NCBI GenBank assembly: GCA_002269645.1
Contig: NIVC01002296.1
Location: 62,001 to 126,000, forward strand
From: Macrostomum lignano
Taxonomy: Eukaryota
Length of the DNA: 64,000 bases
Reading direction: 5' to 3'
Under the pieces are notes generated by a model. It did not search any database and was not told the DNA's origin. It worked only from the letters and a program-made list of their open reading frames with translations. Made by a program: the position numbers and the translations under genes. Shown piece by piece: positions 38,250 through 51,500 of the stretch (the first letter of the stretch is position 1; every line of letters begins with the position of its first letter).

Positions 38250-39720
38250 CAGGCTATGATAACTGTGATTCAGGCTATGATGACTGTGATTCAGGCTATG
38301 ATGACTGATTCAGGCTATGATGACTGTGATTCAGGCTATGATAACTGTGATTCAGGCTATGATGACTGTGATTCAGGCTATGATGACTGTGATTCAGGCT
38401 ATGATGACTGTGATTCAGGCTATGATAACTGTGATTCAGGCTATGATAACTGTGATTCAGGCTATGATGACTGTGATTCAGGCTATGATAACTGTGATTC
38501 AGGCTATGATAACTGGGATTCAGGCTATGATAACTGTGATTCAGGCTATGATGACTGTGATTCAGGCTATGATGACTGTGATTCAGGCCATGATAACTGT
38601 GATTCAGGCCATGATAACTGGGATTCAGGCTATGATAACTGTGATTCAGGCTATGATGACTGTGATTCAGGCTATGATAACTGTGATTCAGGCTATGATA
38701 ACTGTGATTCAGGCTATGATAACTGTGATTCAGGCTATGATAACTGTGATTCAGGCTATGATAACTGTGATTCAGGCTATGATGACTGTGATTCAGGCTA
38801 TGATAACTGTGATTCAGGCCATGATAACTGGGATTCAGGCCATGATAACTGTGATTCAGGCTATGATAACTGTGATTCAGGCTATGATAACTGTGATTCA
38901 GGCTATGATGACTGTGATTCAGGCTATGATAACTGGGATTCAGGCTATGATAACTGTGATTCAGGCTATGATGACTGTGATTCAGGCTATGATGACTGTG
39001 ATTCAGGCTATGATAACTGTGATTCAGGCCATGATAACTGGGATTCAGGCCATGATAACTGTGATTCAGGCCATGATAACTGGGATTCAGGCCATGATAA
39101 CTGTGATTCAGGCTATGATAACTGTGATTCAGGCTATGATAACTGTGATTCAGGCTATGATGACTGTGATTCAGGCTATGATAACTGGGATTCAGGCTAT
39201 GATAACTGTGATTCAGGCTATGATGACTGTGATTCAGGCTATGATAACTGTGATTCAGGCTATGATAACTGTGATTCAGGCTATGATAACTGTGATTCAG
39301 GCTATGATAACTGTGATTCAGGCTATGATGACTGTGATTCAGGCCATGATAACTGTGATTCAGGCCATGATAACTGGGATTCAGGCCATGATAACTGTGA
39401 TTCAGGCTATGATGACTGTGATTCAGGCTATGATAACTGTGATTCAGGCTATGATGACTGTGATTCAGGCTATGATAACTGTGATTCAGGCTATGATGAC
39501 TGTGATTCAGGCTATGATGACTGTGATTCAGGCTATGATAACTGTGATTCAGGCCATGATAACTGTGATTCAGGCTATGATAACTGTGATTCAGGCTATG
39601 ATAACTGTGATTCAGGCTATGATGACTGTGATTCAGGTATCACTGATTGGGATTCAGGTATCACTGATTGGGATTCAGGTATCACTGATTGGGATTCAGG
39701 TATCACTGATTGGGATTCAG
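38250..39720. repeat. 21-bp minisatellite (~68 units)
   Basis: gattcaggctatgat(a/g)actgt tandem, degenerating at the right end. Confidence 0.97.
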
Positions 39721-40569
39721 GCATTAATTGTAATTCAGGCACTGATGGTTCCAATAAAGGCACCGTGACTGTTTTGAGCGATAATTCGACATAATTATTA
39801 TTTAATGCTTGCAGTCGAATGTCATGGTATGATTTGCAATCTCAGTGCCCTACTGTCAGTAGTGCAGTAAGCAACATTCAGATACTAAAAAAATAAAACC
39901 CAATTTGAAGTCGATTTGATTTCCATCAACTAAAGTGATCTCGAGCCAGTAGGCAAGGAACTGTTTAGTAAAATATGCATGCCATTGTGCTACTTATATT
40001 TAGTTACTACAGTCAATAATCTAGTAGAAAACACAGGTGGTAATTAGTTAATTAGCTTAAATAAAAGTGCAGTGCACAAAATGTGTCATTTAGCGCATGA
40101 TGAGGTACATGTAGAAATAAAAAAAGTGCAGATAAGTGAAAGATGCTCATAGCGGTACTCAAATAGCTATCAAATTGGACGCTAATGCGAGCAAATTATT
40201 ATAAAACTAAACTTCATCGGAGCCCCAGCAGGCCGCAGGCACAGCGGCAACAAAGCACAGACCGAATGTTCAATGCTAATGAGTAAGCAAATAATGAATA
40301 AAAATATGAATATGCATAACAAAAATGGCTAGAGGAGTTATATAAACATATTGAATGTGTTGATCTCTTTGAATTTGAAACTTGAATATGAATTTCCAAA
40401 CTTGTACGTCAAGAATCAGCAATCGTGATCAGAATCCGAACTGCAAACACGTTAAAACACGAATAAAAACACGCTGAGCTGAATCAGGCCGGAGTACGGT
40501 AACTAAGCGCGATGGCGATTAAAAACTATAAATTTAGAGCTAAAAAATCAAAGGAAATCTGTGCCGTCT

Positions 40570-41230
40570 GCCTACCCTCTAGAATCCACCTCACGCCGCC
40601 AGCCGCCACTAGAAAGCCTTCCTTGAATCTCATTGGCTGGCATCGGCGCTACAAAATACTCTCGGGCTCTAAATATACATTCCTTCCTACCCTCTATAAC
40701 CCACCTCACGCCGCCAGCCGCCACTAAAAACCCTTCCTTCGATCTCATTGGCTGGCATCGGCGCTACAAAATACTCTCGGGCTCTAAATATACATTCCTT
40801 CCTACCCTCTATAACCCACCTCACGCCGCCAGCCGCCACTAAAAACCCTTCCTTCGATCTCATTGGCTGGCATCGGCGCTAAAAAACACGCACGGGCTCT
40901 AAATATACATTCCTTCCTACCCTCTATAACCCACCTCACGCCGCCAGCCGCCACTAAAAACCCTTCCTTCGATCTCATTGGCTGGCATCGGCGCTAAAAA
41001 ACACGCACGGGCTCTAAATATACATTCCTTCCTACCCTCTATAACCCACCTCACGCCGCCAGCCGCCACTAAAAACCCTTCCTTGAATCTCATTGGCTGG
41101 CATCGGGGCTCAAAACACGCAGGGATCTAAATGTACATTCCTACCCTCTAGAACCCAACTCACGCCGCCAGTCGCCACTACAAACCATTCCTTGAATCTC
41201 ATTGGCTGGCATCGAGGCTCTATAAGTTTA
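40570..41230. repeat. ~115-bp satellite, 5-6 units
   Basis: Unit ...ccacctcacgccgccagccgccactaaaaacccttccttcgatctcattggctggcatcggcgct... repeated. Confidence 0.92.
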
Positions 41231-41894
41231 CAGGGTCTAAATGTACATTCCTATCACCCACCTCACTCCGCGGACCTCCAACTGCTGCAAATAATCGATA
41301 GGCTAACAAAAACTGGAAGAAAATAAAAACTATCTCGGATAGGAAACAGTAAATAAATTAAAAACAAGACAAAAGCGGGAATAAAAAACCACGCACTGTC
41401 CAGAGTCAGTCGTCGTCAGACACAGGAAATACATTTATGCTAGGGCGGTCAGCCAGAGAAAAAGAGTCACAAAGTGTATCAGGGGACTCCATCTAGCAAA
41501 AATATCTTTTATCTCGGTAGATAAGGCAAAACGCACAATATAGAAAGAGAAAATTGCTTTTTTTGTGTTGCACTTTTTTCTTTTTATCTTTGTCGATGGG
41601 CGCCGCGCAGAAGAACAAGAAGACAAAAATAGGACAAACAGTCATGAAAAATTGCTGTAGGCCTTGATTGACAATGTGAAAAATCCTCGCTAGAGCTCGG
41701 GTGTGACCTAACAAAACACGCCGTTGCAAAAACAGATGTAAAAAAACAAAATCGAAAAGGCAACTCACTTAGCGCTTGTGGGATGGCTTTGTGGGCTCGC
41801 TCAGGGAATTGGGATTCGGGAAATATTACATTTTGGGCGATTATAGGAGCTTGGCTCGTAATTCTTTGGCTGGAGAGCTGTTGATACAATCAGC

Positions 41895-42482
41895 AGCCTA
41901 CACACTGACTCAGCAACAGCCTGCACACTGACTCAGCAGCAGCCTGCACACTGACTCAGCAACAGCCTGCACACTGACTCAGCAGCAGCCTGCACACTGA
42001 CTCAGCAGCAACCTGCACACTGACTCAGCAGCAGCCTGCACACTGACTCAGCAGCAGCCTGCACACTGACTCAGCAACAGCCTGCACACTGACTCAGCAG
42101 CAGCCTGCACACTGACTCAGCAGCAGCCAGCACACTGACTCAGCAGCAGCCTGCACACTGACTCAGCAGCAGCCAGCACACTGACTCAGCAGCACACTGA
42201 CTCAGCAGTAGCCAGCACACTGACTCAGCAGCAGCCAGCACACTGACTCAGCAGCACACTGACTCAGCAGTAGCCAGCACACTGACTCAGCAGCAGCCAG
42301 CACACTGACTCAGCGGCACACTGACTCAGCAGCACACTGACTCAGCAGCAGCCAGCACACTGACTCAGCAGCACACTGACTCAGCAGTAGCCAGCACACT
42401 GACTCAGCAGCAGCCAGCACACTGACTCAGCGGCACACTGACTCAGCAGCACACTGACTCAGCAGCACACTGACTCAGCAGT
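41895..42482. repeat. 17/23-bp minisatellite
   Basis: cacactgactcagcag(cagcctg) tandem just beyond the CNNM stop. Confidence 0.95.
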
Positions 42483-42543
42483 AACGAAGGGAGCAGAGGG
42501 GAGGCCGGGACCCAGCTAGCCGACAGGGGGGTGAAAAAACTCC

Positions 42544-45500
42544 TCAAGCGCTGACTCCCCCATTAATCAATGGCGAATCGTCATTAGCAGAGGCGGCAGC
42601 GTCGGTAGCGGCGGCCACGGCAGCGGCCGGTGCCGGAGCAGCGTCGACCACAACGACGGCGTCGGCGGGGGCGGTTGGGGCGGCGGCGGCGGCGGAAGCG
42701 GCTGCGCTGGCGGAGGCTTCGACCGATGACGGAGAGGCGGTTTGCAAGGCGGCGGCGGCAGCCCTGGCTTCGTTAGTAGGCGACGCGGCGGCGCTGGCGG
42801 CGAAGGGGCTGTTGACGGAGAAGCGGGACGGCCGCCTGCCGCCGATACCTTGGCGGCCCAGCTGCCTGGGAAAGTAGGCGGCGAACAGGGCGCCGAGCTT
42901 CTCTTCGAGCTCCGGGCCGGCGAACTCGCGCCCGGCCGCGGCCTCCTCCTGCCTGATGATGTCGGAGATGCGCAGCAGGGCGGCGTACTGGGCCTGCGTG
43001 ATCTTCAGGTACTGCATGTTCTGCTTGGCCTTGGCCGTGTAGTCCGGCACGAATTGAGGCAGGCGGCGCAGCTCGACGGGGTCGGCCAGCCGCTCTGGCT
43101 GCTGCTTGTGCAGATCGCGGACAACTGCAATGCATTTAGAAATACATATCGCCAAATAGTAGTTGTCGATACATATCGGCAAAGAATAGATGTTCGATAC
43201 ATATCGGCAAATAATAGATGTTCGATACATATCGGCAAAGAGTAGTAGTCGATACATATCGGCAAAGAGTAGTTGTCAATACATATCGGCAAAGAGCAGT
43301 TGTCGTTACATATCGGCCAAGAGTAGTAGTCGACACATATCGACAAAGAGTAATTGTCGATACATATCGGCAAAGAATAGATGTTCGATACATATCGGCA
43401 AAGAGTAGTTGTCAATACATATCGGCAAAGAGCAGTTGTCGTTACATATCGGCCAAGAGTAGTAGTCGACACATATCGACAAAGAGTAATTGTCGATACA
43501 TATCGGCAAAGAATAGATGTTCGATACATATCGGCAAAGAATAGATTTCGATACATATCGGCGAAGAGCAGTTGTCGTTACATATCGGCCAAGAGTAGTA
43601 GTCGACACATATCGACAAAGAGTAATTGTCGATACATATCGGCAAAGAATAGATGTTCGATACATATCGGCAAAGAATATATTTCGATACATATCGGCAA
43701 AGAGTAGTTGTCGATACATATCGGCAAAGAGTAGTTGTCGATACATATCGGCAAAGAGTAGTTGTCGATACATATCGGCAAAGAGTAGTTGTCGATACAT
43801 ATCGGCAAAGAGTAGTTGTCGATACATATCGGCAAAAAATAATTGTCCATACCTATTGGCCAAAGAATAGATTTCGATACATATCGTGACAAAATCTATG
43901 TTTGTACTTTTACAATACTTTAATAACACAGTCGAAAAATCCCATATCGACTACTGACAATCCAATAAGTAGCTTGAAAGCGCATTTCAGATTAATTGTC
44001 AATTGCGTTCGTTGCCTATACATTTAAATACTGGTATTGAACCAGGAATAAGTGACAGAGATGTGAAATATAAATAAAGGACAAGTCAGCGCATATATTT
44101 TTGGCGATCGTGAACGGTGCCTGTCAATAAAGCAAGCTTTTGTGCGAAAATCTCTGAAGTGAGGGAGAAGAGAGACTGCAGGTAATTACACGGGTTAGCC
44201 CGGCCTCCAAAAACTAGCGCAGGCCCAATTAGCAGCGAGGCGTGCAGAGGCGGGCGGCCCCTCCTGCAGCCAAGTGAATAAAAAACCGAAAAAAGATTCA
44301 ACTGAAGCTTCCGCCAGACCAGCCAAGGCGATCCTTCATCACAGATTAATCAATTGGATGGTGCTGTCTCAAAATCTCAATTGGGCTTTCCCACTGCCAA
44401 CAGTACAGAGGCGGAGCCGCGGCCTCCTTGACTACCCCCCCCCTGGGGAGAAAGCATGGCGATCTAGTATTAGGTGTCTGGATTGGAAACTCGCTGGTAC
44501 GATAACGCATTTTATTGGCAAAGCAGCTGGGTGATGATGCAGCGCCTGACGGTGAGAAACGAGTGCGCGAGCTCAGGGTCAGCTTGCCTCTGCGACTGTC
44601 GCTTTAACTTGCCCGTGCAAACACGAGCTAACTAAAAGTTACATGGAAGCCAGGTAGAGCCGAAAATGCATTGCAGCTTCTCTGCTTTTATCTGGCATTT
44701 TCTCAATTCTTCTCTTTTTCTGTGCACCTCTTGCGGCTTGGCCGGTCAGTTTCCAATCCACCTAGTAGTCCATGAGCCACAGAATATAGTGTTTTACCTC
44801 CCTTCCCTCATCTCTCTTATTTCCTTCATCTCCCTCATCTTTTTCATCTCCCTCATCGCCCTAATCCCCTAATCTCTCTCATCTCCCTCATCGCCCTTAT
44901 CTCCCTCTTCTCTCTCATCTCCCTCATCTCTCTTATCTCTCTTATCTCTCTTATCTCCCTCATCTCCCTTATCTCTCTTATCTCCCTCATCTCCCTCATC
45001 TCCCTTATCTCTCTCATCTCACTCATCTCCATCATCTCCCTCATCTCTCTCATCTCCCTCATCGCCCTAATCTTCCTCTTCTCTCTCATCTCCCTCATCT
45101 CTCTTATCTCCCTCATCTCCCTCACCTCCCTCATCTCTCTCATCTCCCTCATCTCCTTTATCGCCCTAATCTCCCTCTTCTCTCTCATCTCCCTCATCTC
45201 CCTAATCTCTCTCATCTCCCTCACCTCCCTCATCTCCCTCATCTCCCTCATCTCTCTCATCTCCCCCATCTCACTTATCTCTCTCATCTCACTTATCTCT
45301 CTCATCTCACTTATCTCTCTCATCTCACTTATCTCTCTCTCCCCCATCTCTCTCATCTCCCTCATCTCCCTCATCTCACTTATCTCCCTCATCTCCCTCA
45401 TCTCCCTCCCTCTTTTCCTTCCTCCCGCCCGTTTCAATACGACCCAGAATTTCGCAAGTCTTACTGAGGCGTGCTTGCACTTCTTAATCCAGTTGCTGGC

Positions 45501-48500
45501 TGACCAACCCAGACAGACCGGGCTTGAGCAGGCGGGGTGAAAGTGTGCCTCTGTGTGTGCTCATTTTCACAGCACTAGCTCCCAGAGTGCAGCGTCATTA
45601 CCGACAGAAAATAGAAGCGGACAAGGTCGATATTTCATTTCTCTGTCTCTCAATGCAGAACCCAGTGTAGGAAAGCCCGGCATTCGCCACATAAGCGCTC
45701 GGCTCTGCTACTAAGTGTACTGCATAGAAACCGAAGGTCGATAGCATGAAGAAGAGAAAGCTGCGCGCAGATCGATGAGTCAGTGAATCTCGCCATGAAA
45801 ACCTATTAGACGAGAACTCGCTCAAATTCAGTATGTAAGCAGGTAGAACTCAGTATGTAATCAGGTAGAACGCATTGTGTAATCAGGTAGAACGCATTGT
45901 GTAATCAGGTAGACCTCAGTGTGTAAGCAGGTAGAACTCAGTGTGTAATCAGGTAGACCTCAGTGTGTAATCAGGTAGAACTCAGTGTGTAATCAGGTAG
46001 ACCTCAGTGTGTAATCAGGTAGAACTCAGTGTGTAATCAGGTAGACCTCAGTGTGTAATCAGGTAGACCTCAGTGTGTAAGCAGGTAGACCTCAGTGTGT
46101 AAGCAGGAAGAACGCATTGTGTAATCAGGTAGAACTCAGTGTGTAATCAGGTAGAACGCATTGTGTAATCAGGTAGACCTCAGTGTGTAATCAGGTAGAA
46201 GAACAGTTGCAACAAATTATTCTAATCGCAGCTGTGCATTTCCGGCCTCCCAACCATCAGTCAGTAAAATTGAAAGGAGACTGCAGCCCACACCGCAGCT
46301 CAACCTGAGCGGCCTGAGCTCAAACTGCACTTCATCCCAACTTCATCCCAACTTCCTCAACAGTACGTGCAGACTCCGGGGCCGGGACAGACTTAGTTGA
46401 AAACAGGTGAGCACACACAGCTCTCCTAAGCCTGCAGAGTGCAGCAGTCTCCCTGCCCTCCCATCTTTCTACCAGGACAGCAAAATAACGTGCTTGGCTT
46501 GTAGAGCAAAGTGTGGCAGGCCCAACACTAATGCTAAGAATTTTCTGCCACATCAACCTGTATATAATTAGGGCTTGCTATTCTGCGACTGCCGCAGCGG
46601 AAGGCCGCGCTGAACTCGCCAATAGTGCGAGGGTCTCAGCGGAGTCTCGCACGGGCTGCATCGATCGCACAGAGGGACAGGGGAGGCCGGCCGACCAGCC
46701 AGCAACTTCCCCTTGGCCCCAGCGGCAGTCTGGGGGGGGGGGGCTGTGTGCCGTGTAAAACACACTGCAGCAAGGCAAGAGCAGCGACGGGCCTCTGTGG
46801 GAGGAAATACGACCTCAGGGGGCGCAGAGTCCCTGGCGGGGGGCAGATATCCAATGCAGAACGCATTCTGGCTGGTAGGCCAGGCGAACGGCGGCTCCCC
46901 CAGAAGAAAGAAACAGATTAGAAGCAGAACTGAAGCGGCAGCAGGTCAGATATAATTATTGGGATGAGGCTGCTGGCCTGGCTGTACTTGAATTGAGGGA
47001 GAGAGAGATCAGCGTGTACTTTTGAGATAGCGGTGCACTGGCAGAGAGCTACCAAGAACCGAGGGATCGGGAAGGGTGGCAGTGGCTCACTGAGGGATCG
47101 GGAAGGGTCCAGCAGTGGCTCACTGAGGGATTGGGAAGGGTGGCATTGGCTCACTGAGGGATCGGGAAGGGTCCAGCAGTGGCTCACTGAGGGATCGGGA
47201 AGGGTCCAGCAGTGGCTCACTGAGGGATTGGGAAGGGTGGCAGTGGCTCACTGAGGGATCGGGAAGGGTCCAGCAGTGGCTCACTGAGGGATCGGGAAGG
47301 GTGGCAGTGGCTCACTGACGGATCGGGAAGGGTCCAGCAGTGGCTCACTGAGGGATTGGGAAGGGTGGCATTGGCTCACTGAGGGATCGGGAAGGGTCCA
47401 GCAGTGGCTCACTGACGGATCGGGAAGGGTCCAGCAGTGGCTCACTGAGGGATCGGGAAGGGTGGCAGTGGCTCACTGAGGGATCGGGAAGGGTCCAGCA
47501 GTGGCTCACTGAGGGATTGGGAAGGGTGGCATTGGCTCACTGAGGGATCGGGAAGGGTCCAGCAGTGGCTCACTGAGGGATCGGGAAGGGTCCAGCAGTG
47601 GCTCACTGAGGGATCGGGAAGGGTGGCAGTGGCTCACTGAGGGATCGGGAAGGGTCCAGCAGTGGCTCACTGAGGGATTGGGAAGGGTGGCAGTGGCTCA
47701 CTGACGGATCGGGAAGGGTCCAGCAGTGGCTCACTGAGGGATCGGGAAGGGTCCAGCAGTGGCTCACTGAGGGATCGGGAAGGGTGGCAGTGGCTCACTG
47801 AGGGATCGGGAAGGGTCCAGCAGTGGCTCACTGAGGGATCGGGAAGGGTGGCAGTGGCTCACTGACGGATCGGGAAGGGTCCAGCAGTGGCTCACTGAGG
47901 GATCGGGAAGGGTCCAGCAGTGGCTCACTGAGGGATCGGGAAGGGTGGCAGTGGCTCACTGACGGATCGGGAAGGGTCCAGCAGTGGCTCACTGAGGGAT
48001 TGGGAAGGGTGGCATTGGCTCACTGACGGATCGGGAAGGGTCCAGCAGTGGCTCACTGAGGGATCGGGAAGGGTCCAGCAGTGGCTCACTGAGGGATCGG
48101 GAAGGGTGGCAGTGGCTCACTGAGGGATCGGGAAGGGTCCAGCAGTGGCTCACTGACGGATCGGGAAGGGTCCAGCAGTGGCTCACTGACGGATCGGGAA
48201 GGGTCCAGCAGTGGCTCACTGACGGATCGGGAAGGGTCCAGCAGTGGCTCACTGACGGATCGGGAAGGGCAAAACACAGTTGCAAATAGTGAATCCGATA
48301 TAACACATAGTTAAACAGCCAGAGACAGGTCAGATGCATGAAATAGGAGAACGGCACACCCGAGCGGGTTGGAGATCAGGCTAATTATGGATCAACAGTG
48401 CATATGAGCCGCCATCGATTGCTAAGCTGCGGGAAGCCACTGAACAGGGCTTAGTTGATGCAGCAGGATAAATAATGGCAAAGGACAATTTACCGGCTAG

Positions 48501-51500
48501 GGAGAAAATGTAGATAAGTAGGTTTGCACTGGGTGTAGAGGGGTAGATGTACAATGGGTGGAGGTAGGTGTATATTGGGTGCAGAAGGGTAGATGTACAC
48601 TGGGTGAAGAGAATAGATGTACACTGGGTGGAGAGGGGTAGGTGTACACTGGGTGGAGAGGGTTCGATGTACACTGGGTGGAGGTAGGTGTACACTGGGT
48701 GCAGAGGGATAGATGTACACTGGGTACAGAGGGGTAGATGTACACTGGGTGGAGAGGGTTCGATGTACACTGGGTGGAGGTAGGTGTACACTGGGTGCAG
48801 AGGCGTAGATGTACACTGGGTGGAGGTAGGTGTACACTGAGTGCAGAGGGGTAGATGTACACTGGGTACAGAGGGGTAGATGTACACTGGGTGGAGAGGG
48901 TTCGATGTACATTGGGTGGAGGTAGGTGTACACTGGGTGCAGAGGCGTAGATGTACACTGGGTGGAGGGGTGGAGGTAGGTGTACACTGAGTGCAGAGGG
49001 GTAGATGTACACTGGGTGCGGAGGGGTAGATATAATTGTATCAAGCAGATAGACTCACCGCTGAGAGCTTTGCTGCCGAGTAGGGTAAAGATGGTGGCCT
49101 CGAACTCCAGGTTCTCCACCCCGATGCCCAGCACGGCGCGACCTTCCAACAGGAAGCAGCCGTAGTCGGCGGGCTCGTTCCTGCGGTACAGAGCGTTCCG
49201 GTCCTCGTCTCCGTAGCTGAAATTTATCGGGTATGAAACTCATTTTTGGGCTTCAAAAGACCTGCGTAATTTCGAAAATTTCGTCGAAAATTAAAGGACC
49301 CGCTTAGCTTAAAAACGTGGCGGTAGACATCAAAGAACCCGCTTAGCTTAAAAACGTGGTGGTAGACATAAAATTACCCGCTTAGCTTAAAAACGTGGCG
49401 GTAGACATCAAAGAACCCGCTTAGCTTAAAAACGTGGTGGTAGACATAAAATTACCCGCTTAGCTTAAAAACGTGGCGGTAGACATCAAAGGAATCGCTT
49501 AGCTTAAAAACGTGGCGGTAGACATCAAAGGAATGGCTTAGCTTAAAAACGTGGCGGTAGACATCAAAGGAATCGCTTAGCTTAAAAACGTGGCGGTAGA
49601 CATCAATGGACCCGCTTAACTTAAAGGCGTGGCGGTAGACATCAAAGGACCCGCTTAGCTTAAAAACGTGGCGGTGGACATCAAAGAATATTTATTTGAA
49701 CTCGGCTTTATTAAATTAAAGACAAAGTTAACAAGGAAAAGCTGGCAGCGAAGACCTGCTTCACTGATACAGGCTCCGATTGCAAGAAGATGCAGCAGAG
49801 AGCTCAGCAGAGCCGATCGAAGGGTTAAACAGGAGAGGGGGGCAGCAAAAGCAGCGCATATTTCCGTTCCCCATTATTTTCAACCACCAGCTCAGATTTC
49901 AGATTCAGCTCGAACAGAGCAGGCCGGCTTACACAAACATGTGACGCACGAGGATTTTCTCCTCAAACATTCGATCCAGGACGGGCTCCAAAATTGCGTT
50001 CCGGCCAAACAGCTCGCTGTACTCTGCAGTGGGGATGGCGATTTGATAAGAGGGGTGGTGCTTTTACATTGCAAACTTTACCTGCAAACGGGACAACTGG
50101 TCTGGGAGAAGAGGCGGCGGCCCAGCAACTGAGGATCTGGGAGGGCGATGGCCCAGCAACTGAGGATCTGGGAGGGCGATGGCCCAGCAACTGAGGATCT
50201 GGGAGGGCGATGGCCCAGCAACTGAGGATCTGGGAGGGCGATGGCCAAGCAACTGAGGATCAGGGCATTGTGGGTCAGTGCCACGCCTTACGCATTGCCA
50301 GATTCTGTGCGGCCGCCAAGCGCAGCTGGCCAGGAATCTGTGAAGCCGAGGTGCCGCTCAGGCTGACGTCCTTCCAAAACTTCCGCCTGCCCTGAAGCGC
50401 CTTGTTCACCTGCGGCACCTCTGCAATGAGGAGGAGTTCAGCTGGAGTGTCAACAGACGCGGATTAACTTCCCATTCGAAATGGTTAAAAATCCCATTTG
50501 AAGCTAAAGTGTGGGAAAGTTTCGTTCCTCGAAGAAGGGTCAACAAGTGACTGTTTTTAATAGCAAAAAGAGCTGTAATTCTGGGACTACTTAAGTCCTT
50601 CGTTTCTAGGAAATCTTCGAGGGCCGACTACACAAAAAGAAACACATGAGATTTTTTATTATTTACAATTTTTGGTCCCGCAACAACGACATTGTTTTGG
50701 GAGCACGAGAATTCCCGTAGCAAGCTTTTCATGCAGGGGTTTTCGAGACTAAATTTCAAGTGAAATCCAGTCTATAGACTAGACAAGACTAGACTAGACT
50801 AGATTAACTAGACAAGACTAGACTAGACTAGATTAACTAGACAAGACTAGACTAGACTAGATTAACTAGACAAGACTAGACTAGATTAGATTAGACTAGA
50901 CTAGACTAAATTATATTGGACTATAATCTAGATTAGATTACTAGATTAGATTAGTTAGACAAGACTAGACTAGACTAGACTAGACTAGACTAGATTAGAT
51001 TAGACTAGACTAGACTAAATTATATTGGACTATAATCTAGATTAGATTACTAGATTAGATTAGATTAGACAAGACTAGACTAGACTAGACTAGACTAGAC
51101 TAGACTAGACTAGATTAGACTATACTAGATTAGATTAGACTAGACTAGATTATATTAAACTAGACTAGACTATATTAGATTAGACTAGACTAGATTAGAC
51201 TAGACTAGATTAGATTAGATTTGAGTAGACTAGATTAGATTAGACTAGACTAGATTAGATTAGACTAGACTAGATTCGATTAGATTAGACTAGACTAGAT
51301 TAGATTAGACTAGATTAGAACTAAATTGGACTAGATTAGATTAGATTAGACTAGAATAGAATAGACTAGATTTCAATTCCGACTGGAAAACCCCCGCGGG
51401 AAAACCTCGGCAGGAAAACAACCTGCGGGAAATTCTCATAGACCCATTGTTTGACCGGAGCAGATTCCAATAAACAGAAACTCAAATGCTCATATTTGAA

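Noticed and set aside
38256-39794. 512-aa (DSGYDNC)n ORF that looks like an adhesive or biomineral protein
   Set aside because: It is a 21-bp satellite open in two frames. All recurrent unit variants (AAC/GAC, TAT/CAT, TGT/TGG) are non-synonymous in this frame. There is no signal peptide or splice link.
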